A stretch of DNA of 64,000 nucleotides from Candidatus Woesearchaeota archaeon. GTDB lineage: Archaea; Nanobdellota; Nanobdellia; Woesearchaeales; SM23-78. Position 1 is the stretch's first letter. Each line of letters opens with the position of its first letter. Below the pieces are notes generated by a model. That model ran no database searches. It was not told the origin of the DNA and saw nothing but the letters and a program-made list of their open reading frames with translations. This document shows positions 9,774-19,093 of this stretch, piece by piece. A program made the translations under genes and the position numbers. The stretch covers positions 8,588-72,587 of the forward strand of contig JAFGDD010000008.1 of NCBI GenBank assembly GCA_016932315.1. Reading direction: 5' to 3'.

Positions 9774-10101
9774 TGCAAAGAATTTTTTTGGTTTTTAGAA
9801 AAAAATTTGCAAAAAATCAAAATGATAATATTTAAATATAAGGATTTATACATATTGAATTATAAAAATTTTGTCGTCGAGGAAAAAAAGACATTATAAG
9901 TGATGAAAAAAATATTTCAAAAACATTTTAGGTGATATGGTAGACTCGCTACTTTTAGAAAATGGATAATAATTCTACAATTGCTTCAGATCCCAGCGAT
10001 GAAGAGCCTGGCGGTTGTCCCGGCATTCTCTCACGCATACCCTTCGCTTTCCTAGATAGTTCTATAACCGCGCTTCCTGCTTCACACTCACAATTATTTG
10101 C

Positions 10102-10205
10102 AAAAGCCGCCTTTGACAGCCCGTTGGGCGCGACCCCAGTCAAAGCCACCGAACACCTTGACATAAATGTCTGCGGTGTTGTGGCGGGTGGCGGCGGCTT
10201 TTTCC
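10102..10205. mobile_element. MITE-like element, family A (TIR caaaagccgcc / ggcggcttttt), immediately upstream of the kamA-fusion gene
   Basis: GC-rich island in AT-rich DNA. Terminal inverted repeats. The internal ctttgactggggtcgcgcccaacgggctgtcaaagg (reverse complement) is shared with the copy at 63054-63260. Confidence 0.5.
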
Positions 10206-10247
10206 CTGACGCTTACTAAAAAATCAAAAAGAGGTTGAAGATATACC

Positions 10248-12332
10248 ATGAATCTTAAGGAATTCTGCAACAAATACCCTGAAGTCGTTGATGACATTCA
10301 GAAGGTTAAGAGAGTGTATCCTATGAAGCTCTCTGAATATTATTTAGGATTAATCAAGGAGAAAGGCGACGCCATCTGGAAGCAGTGCATCCCTGACATC
10401 AAAGAGTTAGAGGATAGTTTGAATGACGAGGATCCGTTGTTAGAGGAGGAGTACACTCCTGTTCCATGCCTTGTCCACAGGTATCCTGACAGAGTCTTGC
10501 TTCTTGCCAGCAACAAGTGCGCAATGTATTGCAGGTTCTGCACAAGGAAGAGAAAGGTAGGCAAGGAAGTCACCATAACCAAGGAAATGATATCCAGCGC
10601 AATTGACTACATCAGGCAGCACAAGGAAGTAAGGGACGTGATAATCTCTGGCGGAGATCCATTAATGCTTGACGATGATATTTTAGAATGGATTATTAAG
10701 GGCATCAGGGAAATCAAGCACGTCGAAATAATAAGGATAGGCACAAGGGTTCCTTGCACCTTACCGAGTAGGATTACTCCTGAGCTTGTTAACATGCTAA
10801 AAAAGTATCATCCATTGTTCGTTAACGTGCACTTCGAGCATCCTGCTGAGATTACAGAGGAGAGCAAGAAGGCTTGCGAGTTGTTGGCAGACGCAGGCAT
10901 ACCATTAAACAACCAGGCAGTGCTTCTCAAAGGAGTGAATGATGATGTAAAAGTATTGAAAGAATTATTCCACAAGCTAATCCAAATCAGGGTTAAGCCT
11001 TATTACTTGTACCAGGCAGACCAGGTCAAGGGAACAGAGCACTTCAGGACTACCATAGAGGAAGGCATTGACATAATGCACAAGATGATAGGATTCACCT
11101 CAGGCATGTGCGTGCCCCAATTCATAGTGGACGCTCCTGGAGGAGGAAAAATTCCTTTGCTGCCAGAATATGCTCAGCACAGGACAGAGGAAAGCTTGTT
11201 CCTGAAAAACTTTGAAGGCAAGATAGTGGAGTACAAGAATCCTCTTAGCATAGAGGTCAAAAAGAAATCAACTAGCGGAAGGATGAGGATTGCTGTTGTG
11301 TTCAACATGAAAAAAGAAGCAGCCAAGAACATGCCCGAGGATGCTTATGCAGAGTTTGACGAGATAACAGTGCCCTTGGCCATCAAGAAGGCTTTGGAGA
11401 AAAAAGGACATGTTGCAGAACTGGTTGAGGCTAACGAGAGCTTTGTCGAGAAGATAAAGCAAGGAGATTATGACTTTGTCTTTAACATTGCAGAAGGACT
11501 TAACAGCGGCGCAAGGGAAAGCCAGATACCTGCAATCCTTGACATGTTAGGCATTCCTTACACAGGCTCAGGAGTGCTCACTCAGGCAATAACATTGGAC
11601 AAAACCAGGACTAAGGAAATCCTGATGTATCACGGAGTCCCAACTCCAGGTTATCAGTTGTTCAATCACTGGGATGAGAAGATAAGCAAGAACATAACTT
11701 TTCCATTAATCATCAAGCCTAATGCAGAAGGCTCTTCCAAGGGAATAAGGAATAATTCTCTTGTCAACAATGAGAAAGAGCTTAGAAAAATGGTTAAGTT
11801 CGTTGTTAACAATTATAAACAAGCAGCGCTGGCAGAAGAATACCTTGAAGGAAGAGAGTTTACAGTGTCAATCATAGGCAACAACCCTCCGAAAGTGCTC
11901 CCGATTGTTGAGATAACCTTTGATTACCTGCCTTCTGGAGTTCACAAGTTTGATTCTTACGAAGTCAAATGGTACTGGGACAACCCTACCAATCCTGTTG
12001 ATCCAGTAGTCTGCCCTGCCAAGATTGATGATGAGCTCAGAAAAAAAATAGAAGACGTTGCTCTCAGGGCTTACAAAGCACTGGGCATTGTTGATCTTTG
12101 CAGGATGGACATGAGGCTTGACAAGCAAGGCACTCCGCACGTCATTGACGTCAATGCATTGCCAGGACTGATGCCTGACCCGCTTGAAAACTCAAGATTC
12201 CCAAAGGCCTGCTACACTGCAGGCATGAGCTATGAAAAGATAATCAATACAGTCCTCAGCGAAGCTATGAAGAGGTATGGCTTGCCAGCAGAGACCAAGA
12301 GGTTAAAGCATGCGAGTAGGAATTCTGTATAA
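10248..12332 (+). CDS. Fusion protein: KamA-family radical-SAM aminomutase (N-terminal ~350 aa) + D-Ala-D-Ala-ligase-like ATP-grasp domain (C-terminal ~340 aa)
   Basis: CAMYCRFCTRKRKVG matches the KamA CxxxCxxC radical-SAM box. After the KamA domain come FNIAEGLNSGARESQ, IIKPNAEGSSKGI and EEYLEGREFTVSIIGN, all Ddl-type ATP-grasp signatures. Confidence 0.8.
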   Translation: MNLKEFCNKYPEVVDDIQKVKRVYPMKLSEYYLGLIKEKGDAIWKQCIPDIKELEDSLNDEDPLLEEEYTPVPCLVHRYPDRVLLLASNKCAMYCRFCTRKRKVGKEVTITKEMISSAIDYIRQHKEVRDVIISGGDPLMLDDDILEWIIKGIREIKHVEIIRIGTRVPCTLPSRITPELVNMLKKYHPLFVNVHFEHPAEITEESKKACELLADAGIPLNNQAVLLKGVNDDVKVLKELFHKLIQIRVKPYYLYQADQVKGTEHFRTTIEEGIDIMHKMIGFTSGMCVPQFIVDAPGGGKIPLLPEYAQHRTEESLFLKNFEGKIVEYKNPLSIEVKKKSTSGRMRIAVVFNMKKEAAKNMPEDAYAEFDEITVPLAIKKALEKKGHVAELVEANESFVEKIKQGDYDFVFNIAEGLNSGARESQIPAILDMLGIPYTGSGVLTQAITLDKTRTKEILMYHGVPTPGYQLFNHWDEKISKNITFPLIIKPNAEGSSKGIRNNSLVNNEKELRKMVKFVVNNYKQAALAEEYLEGREFTVSIIGNNPPKVLPIVEITFDYLPSGVHKFDSYEVKWYWDNPTNPVDPVVCPAKIDDELRKKIEDVALRAYKALGIVDLCRMDMRLDKQGTPHVIDVNALPGLMPDPLENSRFPKACYTAGMSYEKIINTVLSEAMKRYGLPAETKRLKHASRNSV

Positions 12333-13320
12333 CCTCATAGACCAAGTTGAGAAGGGCAATGAGCTTGACAAGCTTGCTGATAATGAAGTCTATCAGACAG
12401 CTAATGCTGTAAAAGAAGCCTTGTCCAAAAAAGGCTACGAAGTAAGCATGGTCAGGATTGCATCTAATGTAAAGTCTCTCAAGAAGCAGATAAAATCATT
12501 AGAAGGCAAAATGGATTTTGTGTTCAACCTCGCTGAAGGAGTAGGCAGTGATGTTACAGAAGAACCAAGAGTAGTCCGTTATCTGAAAAAATCAGGCATC
12601 CCGTTCACAGGCTGCGATGATTATGCGCTTGCATTGTGCATGGACAAGCTCAAGACAAAAAAAGAGCTAATAAAGAATAACATACCGACGCCAGAATTCC
12701 AGCTGTTCAGGAAAGCAGATGATAAAATCAAGGCAAGCCTGAAGTTCCCATTAATAGTCAAGCCAGTGCACGAGGACGGAAGCATAGGCATAACAGAGGA
12801 CTCCATTGTTTATGATAATAAGCAGCTAAAAAGAAAAGTAAGAGATGTACTCACCAATTACAAGCAGCCAGCACTGGTAGAGGAATACATTGACGGCAGA
12901 GAGATTAACGTCGCCCTCCTTGGCAATGGCAAGCTCGAAGCGCTTCCATTGTCAGAGATAATATTTAATTTCCCCAACGGAACACCAAAGATTGTTTCTT
13001 TCGAGGCCAAATGGATTGAGGATTCTGAGCAGTACAAGGGAACAATAGGAAAATGCCCTGCAGACCTCCCTCAAGATATCCAAGAGAGGCTCTCTTCAAC
13101 TGCCAAAAAGGCTTTCCAGGTGGTTAAGTGCAGGGATTATGGAAGAGTTGACTTCAGAGTGAGAGGAGATGATGTTTATGTGCTTGAGGTGAACCCCAAC
13201 CCCTGCATCAACCCTGTCGGAGCAGGCTTCATACGCTCTGCAAACGCAGCAGGTCTCAGCTATGACGACGTAGTCACCAGGATTGTTGAGATTGCATATA
13301 AAAGGCATTCTGAGAAGTAA
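12310..13320 (+). CDS. Ddl-like ATP-grasp ligase, paralog 2
   Basis: VFNLAEGVGSDVTEEP, FPLIVKPVHEDGSIGI, EEYIDGREINVALLGN. Overlaps the upstream gene by 23 nt, suggesting translational coupling. Confidence 0.75.
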   Translation: MRVGILYNLIDQVEKGNELDKLADNEVYQTANAVKEALSKKGYEVSMVRIASNVKSLKKQIKSLEGKMDFVFNLAEGVGSDVTEEPRVVRYLKKSGIPFTGCDDYALALCMDKLKTKKELIKNNIPTPEFQLFRKADDKIKASLKFPLIVKPVHEDGSIGITEDSIVYDNKQLKRKVRDVLTNYKQPALVEEYIDGREINVALLGNGKLEALPLSEIIFNFPNGTPKIVSFEAKWIEDSEQYKGTIGKCPADLPQDIQERLSSTAKKAFQVVKCRDYGRVDFRVRGDDVYVLEVNPNPCINPVGAGFIRSANAAGLSYDDVVTRIVEIAYKRHSEK

Positions 13321-13598
13321 GCATTAAAAATTTCTATGTGCCAATATTGCGAGCTGATGCCAGAAATTTTATCAGTCAAAAAAAGTTAGAATTAATAAAA
13401 AAAAAATATTTTTCTCTTTTGCGAAACATTTTTATAATCCAAAAATAAAAAAATTATAGAAAAAAAATAAGAATTTTTTTATCGACGACAAAAAAATAAT
13501 CGGAAAAAAACAATACTTTCTGATTAAAAAATAAAAAAATAGAAAAAAAGCAGGAAAAATAAAAAAAATAGCAAAAAAAAGATTATCTTAATCTAAAA
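13321..13598. repeat. Extremely A-rich low-complexity intergenic spacer (~280 bp) between ATP-grasp paralogs 2 and 3
   Basis: Runs of aaaaaaa interspersed with t/g, such as aaaaaaaaaatattttt, aaaaataaaaaaatta and gaaaaaaaataag. No ORF. Confidence 0.6.
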
Positions 13599-14621
13599 AT
13601 GAAGGTCGCAATTGTTTATTCAGATGGTGAACAGACAACCCTTAACGGAGCTGATGACTATAAAGGAAGGAATGATGATACCAACCTGAAAAATGTTGAG
13701 GAAGCCATTAAAAGCCTTAACCATGAAGTAATCAAGCTGAACGCTGATGAAAAAATTTTCTCCAAGCTTCTGGAATTAAAAGACCAAATTGATATTATAT
13801 ACAACCTCGCAGAAGAAGGCTACAGCTTAGATATACACACAGAGCCACATATGGCAGCGCTATTTGAGATGCTTGGATTCAAGTTCACAGGCTCAAACTA
13901 CTTGTGCTTAGCCAACTGCCTTGACAAGATAAGGGCTAAGCAATTATTTGTCGTCAACGGCTTATCAACGCCTAACTTTATGATATTCAACAAAGAAATC
14001 ACTACTGATGTTAAGATTAACGGCTTGAAATTCCCGCTCATAGTAAAGCCAGGGAAAAGCGACGGGAGCATAGGCATACGGCGGAATTCTGTTGTCGAGA
14101 ATAGTGAGCAGCTGGTGATGAAAGTAAACGAGGTCATACAAACCTACGAGCAGCCAGCGCTGGTGGAAGAATTCATCGACGGCAGAGAAGTAAATGTAGC
14201 CATCTTAGGCAACAAGAGGCTTACAGTGCTTCCAATGTCTGAGATAATATTTGACTTGCCTGAAGAGGACTGGAACTTTGTGCCATACGAAGCAAAATGG
14301 CTGACCAAGACCAAATACTACAAAGGAACAACGCCAAAATGCCCTGCAGAGATAGAGCCCGCGCTAAAAGAAGAAATTGAAGAGCTTGCAAAAAAAGCTT
14401 ATACGCTCATGGGAGTCAGGGGCTATGGGAGAGTAGACTTCAGGATTGACGCCAACAACAAGCCTTACATACTCGAAGTTAACCCAAACCCTGACATATC
14501 CCGCGATGCAGGACTCGCAAGAATGATATCAGTTCATGGAATGACTTACGAAGACTTGATAGAAAAAATTCTAAGAATGGGAGTTAACAAGGACGAGCAA
14601 GACATTAGGATTCTAATATAA
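13599..14621 (+). CDS. Ddl-like ATP-grasp ligase, paralog 3
   Basis: IYNLAEEGYSLDIHTEP, FPLIVKPGKSDGSIGI, EEFIDGREVNVAILGN. Same architecture as paralog 2. Confidence 0.75.
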   Translation: MKVAIVYSDGEQTTLNGADDYKGRNDDTNLKNVEEAIKSLNHEVIKLNADEKIFSKLLELKDQIDIIYNLAEEGYSLDIHTEPHMAALFEMLGFKFTGSNYLCLANCLDKIRAKQLFVVNGLSTPNFMIFNKEITTDVKINGLKFPLIVKPGKSDGSIGIRRNSVVENSEQLVMKVNEVIQTYEQPALVEEFIDGREVNVAILGNKRLTVLPMSEIIFDLPEEDWNFVPYEAKWLTKTKYYKGTTPKCPAEIEPALKEEIEELAKKAYTLMGVRGYGRVDFRIDANNKPYILEVNPNPDISRDAGLARMISVHGMTYEDLIEKILRMGVNKDEQDIRILI

Positions 14622-14685
14622 AACACGCCTTTACACCAAGCTTTTTTTCCAAAAAATTTATATTATATTAAACTTACCTGCACTT

Positions 14686-15618
14686 ATGCAAATAAATGAT
14701 TTAATATTCCGAGAATTAGTAAAAAGAGGCTATGCGCTTGAGAGTCAAACTCGGGTCTGGAATGTTGCTGATTCTAAATTATGGTATCTCACTCCAAAAC
14801 AAGCTCAAGGTTTTCTAGATCTAGAAAAGAACCCTGCATACAAGAAAAGCATTATTGACAATGAGATAAAATTAATAAAAAAACACCTGAAAGACTTGCT
14901 CATTACAACCCAAGGCTCAATCAATATTATTGATCTCGGATGCGGTGATGGCAAGAAAGCTTCACTTTTCATAAAAGATCTGTCAAAACATATCAAAGTC
15001 AGGTATTGCCCTATTGATATAAGCGCATATATGGTGTCCAAAGCTGCAAAAACAATCCGTCAAATGAAAATTGGTGAAGTTTTAGAGTTTAAATGGAACA
15101 TATCTGATTTTGAGAATCTGAACAATATTACCCCCCTTTTCAGAGATCAACCATATAATACCCATTTTATGATGCTTCTGGGAAATACTTTGGGTAATTT
15201 TGAAGGTAAAGACTTACTCCACGGCATAAAGAAAAGCATGGAAAAGAACGATGTTCTGATCATTGGAAATGGTCTTAGTGATCATGGAAAAAATTTATCG
15301 CAGCCGTACAAGAACAAGCTATTGGATAAATTCCTCATTCATGTTATTAAGCAGATTGGCTTGAAGCCATCAGAAGTTAAATATGGCGCTCGATTCAAGA
15401 ATTCAAGAGTAGAAATGTTTTATGTAGTGAAAAAAGATAAGCTCTTAAACCATTTGGGAAGGCGTATTCATTTCAAATCAGGTGATTTAATAGTTACAGC
15501 CATTTCTTATAAGTACAGCAAATCTGGTTTTATAAAAATGCTTTCGTATTTCTTCTCAAATATAAAAACTTACACTGATGCTCACAACACATATGCCTTG
15601 TCTATATGTAAAAAATAA
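14686..15618 (+). CDS. EgtD-like (Methyltransf_33) SAM-dependent amine N-methyltransferase
   Basis: SAM motif I IIDLGCGDGKKASLF and YCPIDIS, which resembles the EgtD Y-x-P-(I/V)-D-(I/V)-S box. Size about 310 aa. Confidence 0.6.
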   Translation: MQINDLIFRELVKRGYALESQTRVWNVADSKLWYLTPKQAQGFLDLEKNPAYKKSIIDNEIKLIKKHLKDLLITTQGSINIIDLGCGDGKKASLFIKDLSKHIKVRYCPIDISAYMVSKAAKTIRQMKIGEVLEFKWNISDFENLNNITPLFRDQPYNTHFMMLLGNTLGNFEGKDLLHGIKKSMEKNDVLIIGNGLSDHGKNLSQPYKNKLLDKFLIHVIKQIGLKPSEVKYGARFKNSRVEMFYVVKKDKLLNHLGRRIHFKSGDLIVTAISYKYSKSGFIKMLSYFFSNIKTYTDAHNTYALSICKK

Positions 15619-15686
15619 TTTTCTCTTAATTAAGATTTCGCATCATTTTCACAAAAATTTATAAATAGCATTCCAACTTTATAGTT

Positions 15687-17309
15687 ATGCCTGATAAGAA
15701 GAAGAGCAACAAGAAATTCATTGTTGTGACAGGCGGCGTTCTCTCTGGCTTGGGCAAAGGAGTTGCTGCTGCGAGCATTGGAAATCTCATAACAAATGCT
15801 GGCTTGAAGGTGGTTCCTATCAAGTGCGACGGCTACCTTAATGTTGATCCTGGCACTATGAATCCTACTGAGCACGGAGAAGTTTTTGTTCTTGACGACG
15901 GCGGAGAAGTTGACATGGACTTCGGCCATTATGAAAGATTCCTTGGAGTTACTTGCAAGTTCGGCTGGAGTGTGACCATGGGCAAGGTTTATGAGCAAAT
16001 CAGGGTTAAGGAGAGAAGAGGGGATTATCTTGGCAAGACTGTCCAGCTCATCCCTCACGTTACTGACCTTATCAAGCAAATCTTTTATGACATAGCCAAT
16101 CAGGAAGACGCTGACGTTGTAATCATAGAGATCGGTGGAACTATTGGTGATATTGAGAATGAGTTGTTCGTTGAGGCTTGCCGCCAATTAAAGCGCGACA
16201 TAGGAGAAGACAAGGTTATGTATGCCCATCTCACTTATATTCCTATTCCTTCAAATGTTCATGAGCAGAAGAGCAAGCCGACCCAGCAATCTGTTGCTTT
16301 GCTAAGGGAGAGAGGCATTGAGCCTAACATTGTTATCGGCAGGTGCTCTGAATACCTTGATGAAAAGATAAAGGATAAGATAAGCACTTTCTGCGACATT
16401 GAAAAGAAAGCAGTCATCACAGGATTGGATGTTGATTCTGTCTACAAGATTCCTATCATCTTCTCAGAAGAAGGCATTAATGAGATTATAAAGGAAAAGC
16501 TAGGAATTAATTCAGGGGTGAAGCCTGAATGGAAGCAGCTGGTTGGCAACCTTGCAAAGCTTGACAAGGAAGTAAACATTGCCATCTGCGGCAAGTATAC
16601 AAAGCTTGAAGACTCCTATGCCAGCATTGTCGAGGCTATGAGGCATTGCAGTGCGAATTTGAAAGCAAAAATTCACATCAAAATGATTGATACTGAAAAA
16701 GTAAAAAATCAAGAAGACGCATCAAACCTATTGAAAGGCATTAATGGAGTTATTGTTCCTGGTGGCTTTGGCTCTCGCGGAGTAGAAGGCAAAATCCAAG
16801 TCATACAGTATTGCAGGGAAAACAACATGCCCTTCCTTGGAATATGCTTAGGCTTGCAATTAGCAACAGTAGAGTTCGCTAGGAATGTTTGCGGATTAAA
16901 GAATGCTAATCATGCTGAAATGGCTCCTGACACAAAAGAGCCAGTCATCGACATCCTTCCTGAGCAGAAAAAAATAACCGACAAAGGAGGAACCATGAGG
17001 CTCGGAGCTTATCCTGCTGTTATGAAAGAAAAAACAATCATATGGGAGCTTTACGGCAAGCAAAAACAGGTTTCTGAAAGGCACAGGCACAGGTATGAGG
17101 TAAATCCTGAGTATCACAAGGGCTTGCTGGACAATGGCATGATCTTCTCAGGCATGAGTCCAGACGGAAAGCTAGTTGAGTTCATAGAATTGCCAAAACA
17201 AAAGCACAAGTACTTCGTAGGAACCCAGGCACACCCTGAGCTAAAGAGCAAGCTGGAAAAGCCAGGGCCATTGTTCTACGGACTGATAAAGGCTTGCATT
17301 GAGAAATAA
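15687..17309 (+). CDS. pyrG: CTP synthase
   Basis: N-terminal GGVLSGLGKG P-loop and glutaminase catalytic Cys in GICLGLQ. 540 aa. Confidence 0.9.
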   Translation: MPDKKKSNKKFIVVTGGVLSGLGKGVAAASIGNLITNAGLKVVPIKCDGYLNVDPGTMNPTEHGEVFVLDDGGEVDMDFGHYERFLGVTCKFGWSVTMGKVYEQIRVKERRGDYLGKTVQLIPHVTDLIKQIFYDIANQEDADVVIIEIGGTIGDIENELFVEACRQLKRDIGEDKVMYAHLTYIPIPSNVHEQKSKPTQQSVALLRERGIEPNIVIGRCSEYLDEKIKDKISTFCDIEKKAVITGLDVDSVYKIPIIFSEEGINEIIKEKLGINSGVKPEWKQLVGNLAKLDKEVNIAICGKYTKLEDSYASIVEAMRHCSANLKAKIHIKMIDTEKVKNQEDASNLLKGINGVIVPGGFGSRGVEGKIQVIQYCRENNMPFLGICLGLQLATVEFARNVCGLKNANHAEMAPDTKEPVIDILPEQKKITDKGGTMRLGAYPAVMKEKTIIWELYGKQKQVSERHRHRYEVNPEYHKGLLDNGMIFSGMSPDGKLVEFIELPKQKHKYFVGTQAHPELKSKLEKPGPLFYGLIKACIEK

Positions 17310-17325
17310 GTTTTAGTTATGATTT

Positions 17326-17440
17326 AAAAAAAGTTGCCGCCACCAGCCGCTGCACCGCAAAAATTTTTATTAAAAATTTTAAGGTGCGTGGTGGCTTGCT
17401 CGGGGGTTGCCCCAACCGGGGTGAGCAAGGCGACTTTTTC
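17326..17440. mobile_element. MITE-like element, family A (TIR aaaaaaagttgccgcc / ggcgactttttc)
   Basis: GC-rich hairpin-prone insert (gcttgctcgggggttgccccaaccggggtgagcaagg) in the convergent pyrG/glnA intergenic region. Termini match the other family-A copies. Confidence 0.5.
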
Positions 17441-17443
17441 AAT

Positions 17444-18907
17444 TCATAGTATCGGCAGCAACTGCTCTGTTTCGTATCTTGAAAGCTTTGAATCATCTGG
17501 CAATAATTCTTTGCTATAAGCCTTGCTTTTCGCAAGTTCTTTTCTTTTTATCCTCACAAAGTCTGATAGGAATCTTTCGCCAACAACGGTCCTTACTAGC
17601 TCGCTCTTCTCTGCAAGGTTAACAGCTTGTTCAAGGCTAGCTGGCAGACTCTTGATTCCAAGCCTTTCTCTCTCCTCTTGGCTTATGTGATAAACATCAA
17701 GGTTGCTAGGCATTGGCTTTGCAAGTTTCTGCTCTATTCCTTTGAGTCCTGCGCTTATCATCATGGATAATGCAAGGTAAGGATTAGCTGCTGGATCTGC
17801 GCTTCTTAATTCTAGCCTTGCTGCTTTTTCATGGCCTGGCTCGTATTCTGGCTTTCTTATCAGGTTGCTTCTGTTCTGCGGGTCCCAGCAAATATATACT
17901 GGCGCTTCAAATCCTGGCACTAGCCTTCTGTAAGAGTTAGTCCATTGGTTAAGGAATGCTGTAATCTCAGGAACATATTGCATTAATCCTGCCATGTACT
18001 GGTAAGCTGTTTCTGACAATTCATGCTCATCATCTTTATCATAGAAAAGGTTTTTTTCAATCTTGTTTCCTTCTTTGCTGAACAATGACTGGTGGACGTG
18101 CATTCCGCTGCCATTAACTCCAATAACTGGCTTGGGCATGAAGCTGGCAAATAATCCGTGGGCATTGGCTACTCTTTTTGCAGCATACCTGTAAAGCATC
18201 ATGAAGTCTGCCATATCTAATGCATTCATGTAGTGCACATCAACTTCGTGCTGGCTTGGAGCTGCTTCATGATGGTCGTATTCAAACCTATAACCCATTT
18301 CTGACATTAGAAGTTGTATTTCCTTTCTTACAATCCCATATTTTCCTCCTTTAAAGTATCCTCCTTCATCAATTAACACGGGCTTATCATCAATTATCAA
18401 TGGATTTCCTTCATCATCTGCTTTGAACAGGAAGAACTCAAGCTCTGGACCAACATTGACTGTGTCTGCTCCTGCAACTTGTTTTGCTCTTGCAAGTGTT
18501 TTTTTAAGCTTGGTCCTTGAGTCATAAACATACTCGCCATTCTCTGGGTCTATTATGTCGCCAAAAATGATGAGTTCCTTCCACTTCCTTTCAAAGCCAG
18601 GAGTCTTGGTATTGTAAACAACCGGGAAGACTCTCGCAGTGTTCGGGTCAAAAGAAGCCAGCTTATCGCTCTCTTTTATTCTTTCTGGGTAAAGCGAGCT
18701 TGCGTCAAACCCTTTATTTAATGATTTCTTGTCAACCTCGCCAGCTGGCACTGTGAAGCTGCACTCTCTCTCGCCTAGCATGTCTGCTGTTATGAATCTG
18801 ACAAACCTTATCTCTGGCGTGTTGCGCAGCGTATGAATAAGGTCATCAATGTCTTCAAAGCCATAATTCTTTATGTTCCAATCTTTGTTATCAAATTCCT
18901 CTTGCAT
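17444..18907 (-). CDS. glnA: Glutamine synthetase (type I-like)
   Basis: GPELEFFLF and the NGSGMHVHQS ATP-binding signature. 487 aa. Confidence 0.85.
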   Translation of the reverse strand: MQEEFDNKDWNIKNYGFEDIDDLIHTLRNTPEIRFVRFITADMLGERECSFTVPAGEVDKKSLNKGFDASSLYPERIKESDKLASFDPNTARVFPVVYNTKTPGFERKWKELIIFGDIIDPENGEYVYDSRTKLKKTLARAKQVAGADTVNVGPELEFFLFKADDEGNPLIIDDKPVLIDEGGYFKGGKYGIVRKEIQLLMSEMGYRFEYDHHEAAPSQHEVDVHYMNALDMADFMMLYRYAAKRVANAHGLFASFMPKPVIGVNGSGMHVHQSLFSKEGNKIEKNLFYDKDDEHELSETAYQYMAGLMQYVPEITAFLNQWTNSYRRLVPGFEAPVYICWDPQNRSNLIRKPEYEPGHEKAARLELRSADPAANPYLALSMMISAGLKGIEQKLAKPMPSNLDVYHISQEERERLGIKSLPASLEQAVNLAEKSELVRTVVGERFLSDFVRIKRKELAKSKAYSKELLPDDSKLSRYETEQLLPIL

Positions 18908-19093
18908 CAGAAATCACCTCTTGCTCCATGTTACAACACAGCCGGAAATACATATAAATAATTTTAGGCATTTTTATTATAAAATTTTTTAATAAAAAGG
19001 ATAAATTTAAATAAATGTTTAATTTTCAGCTAAAAAATAATATTAAGACCAAACAAACGTTCAGTTTGGTTTTTTGGGATTGAGGGTGGGAGG

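Noticed and set aside
9955-10219. Pair of overlapping GC-rich ORFs on both strands (69 and 85 aa) that might be taken for a small gene or antisense pair
   Set aside because: The GC-rich stretch coincides with a family-A MITE copy and its flank. The translations are low-complexity (GGGGFFP, PGGCPGI) with no protein-like features. Best explained as non-coding repeat DNA.
10248-12332. Interpreting the KamA-family domain as EpmB (EF-P beta-lysylation)
   Set aside because: EpmB partners with the LysRS paralog EpmA and bacterial EF-P. This is an archaeal locus (aIF5A with a hypusine site is at 43420-43821). The partner domains are Ddl-like ATP-grasp ligases and a methyltransferase, not a tRNA-synthetase paralog.
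15630-16187. 185-aa minus-strand ORF
   Set aside because: Fully antisense to the strongly supported CTP synthase N-terminus. No motifs. An ORF-track artefact.
17317-17535. Overlapping 72-aa and 61-aa ORFs between pyrG and glnA
   Set aside because: They lie on the family-A MITE at 17326-17440 and the 3' end of glnA. The composition is repeat-derived, so they are not credible genes.
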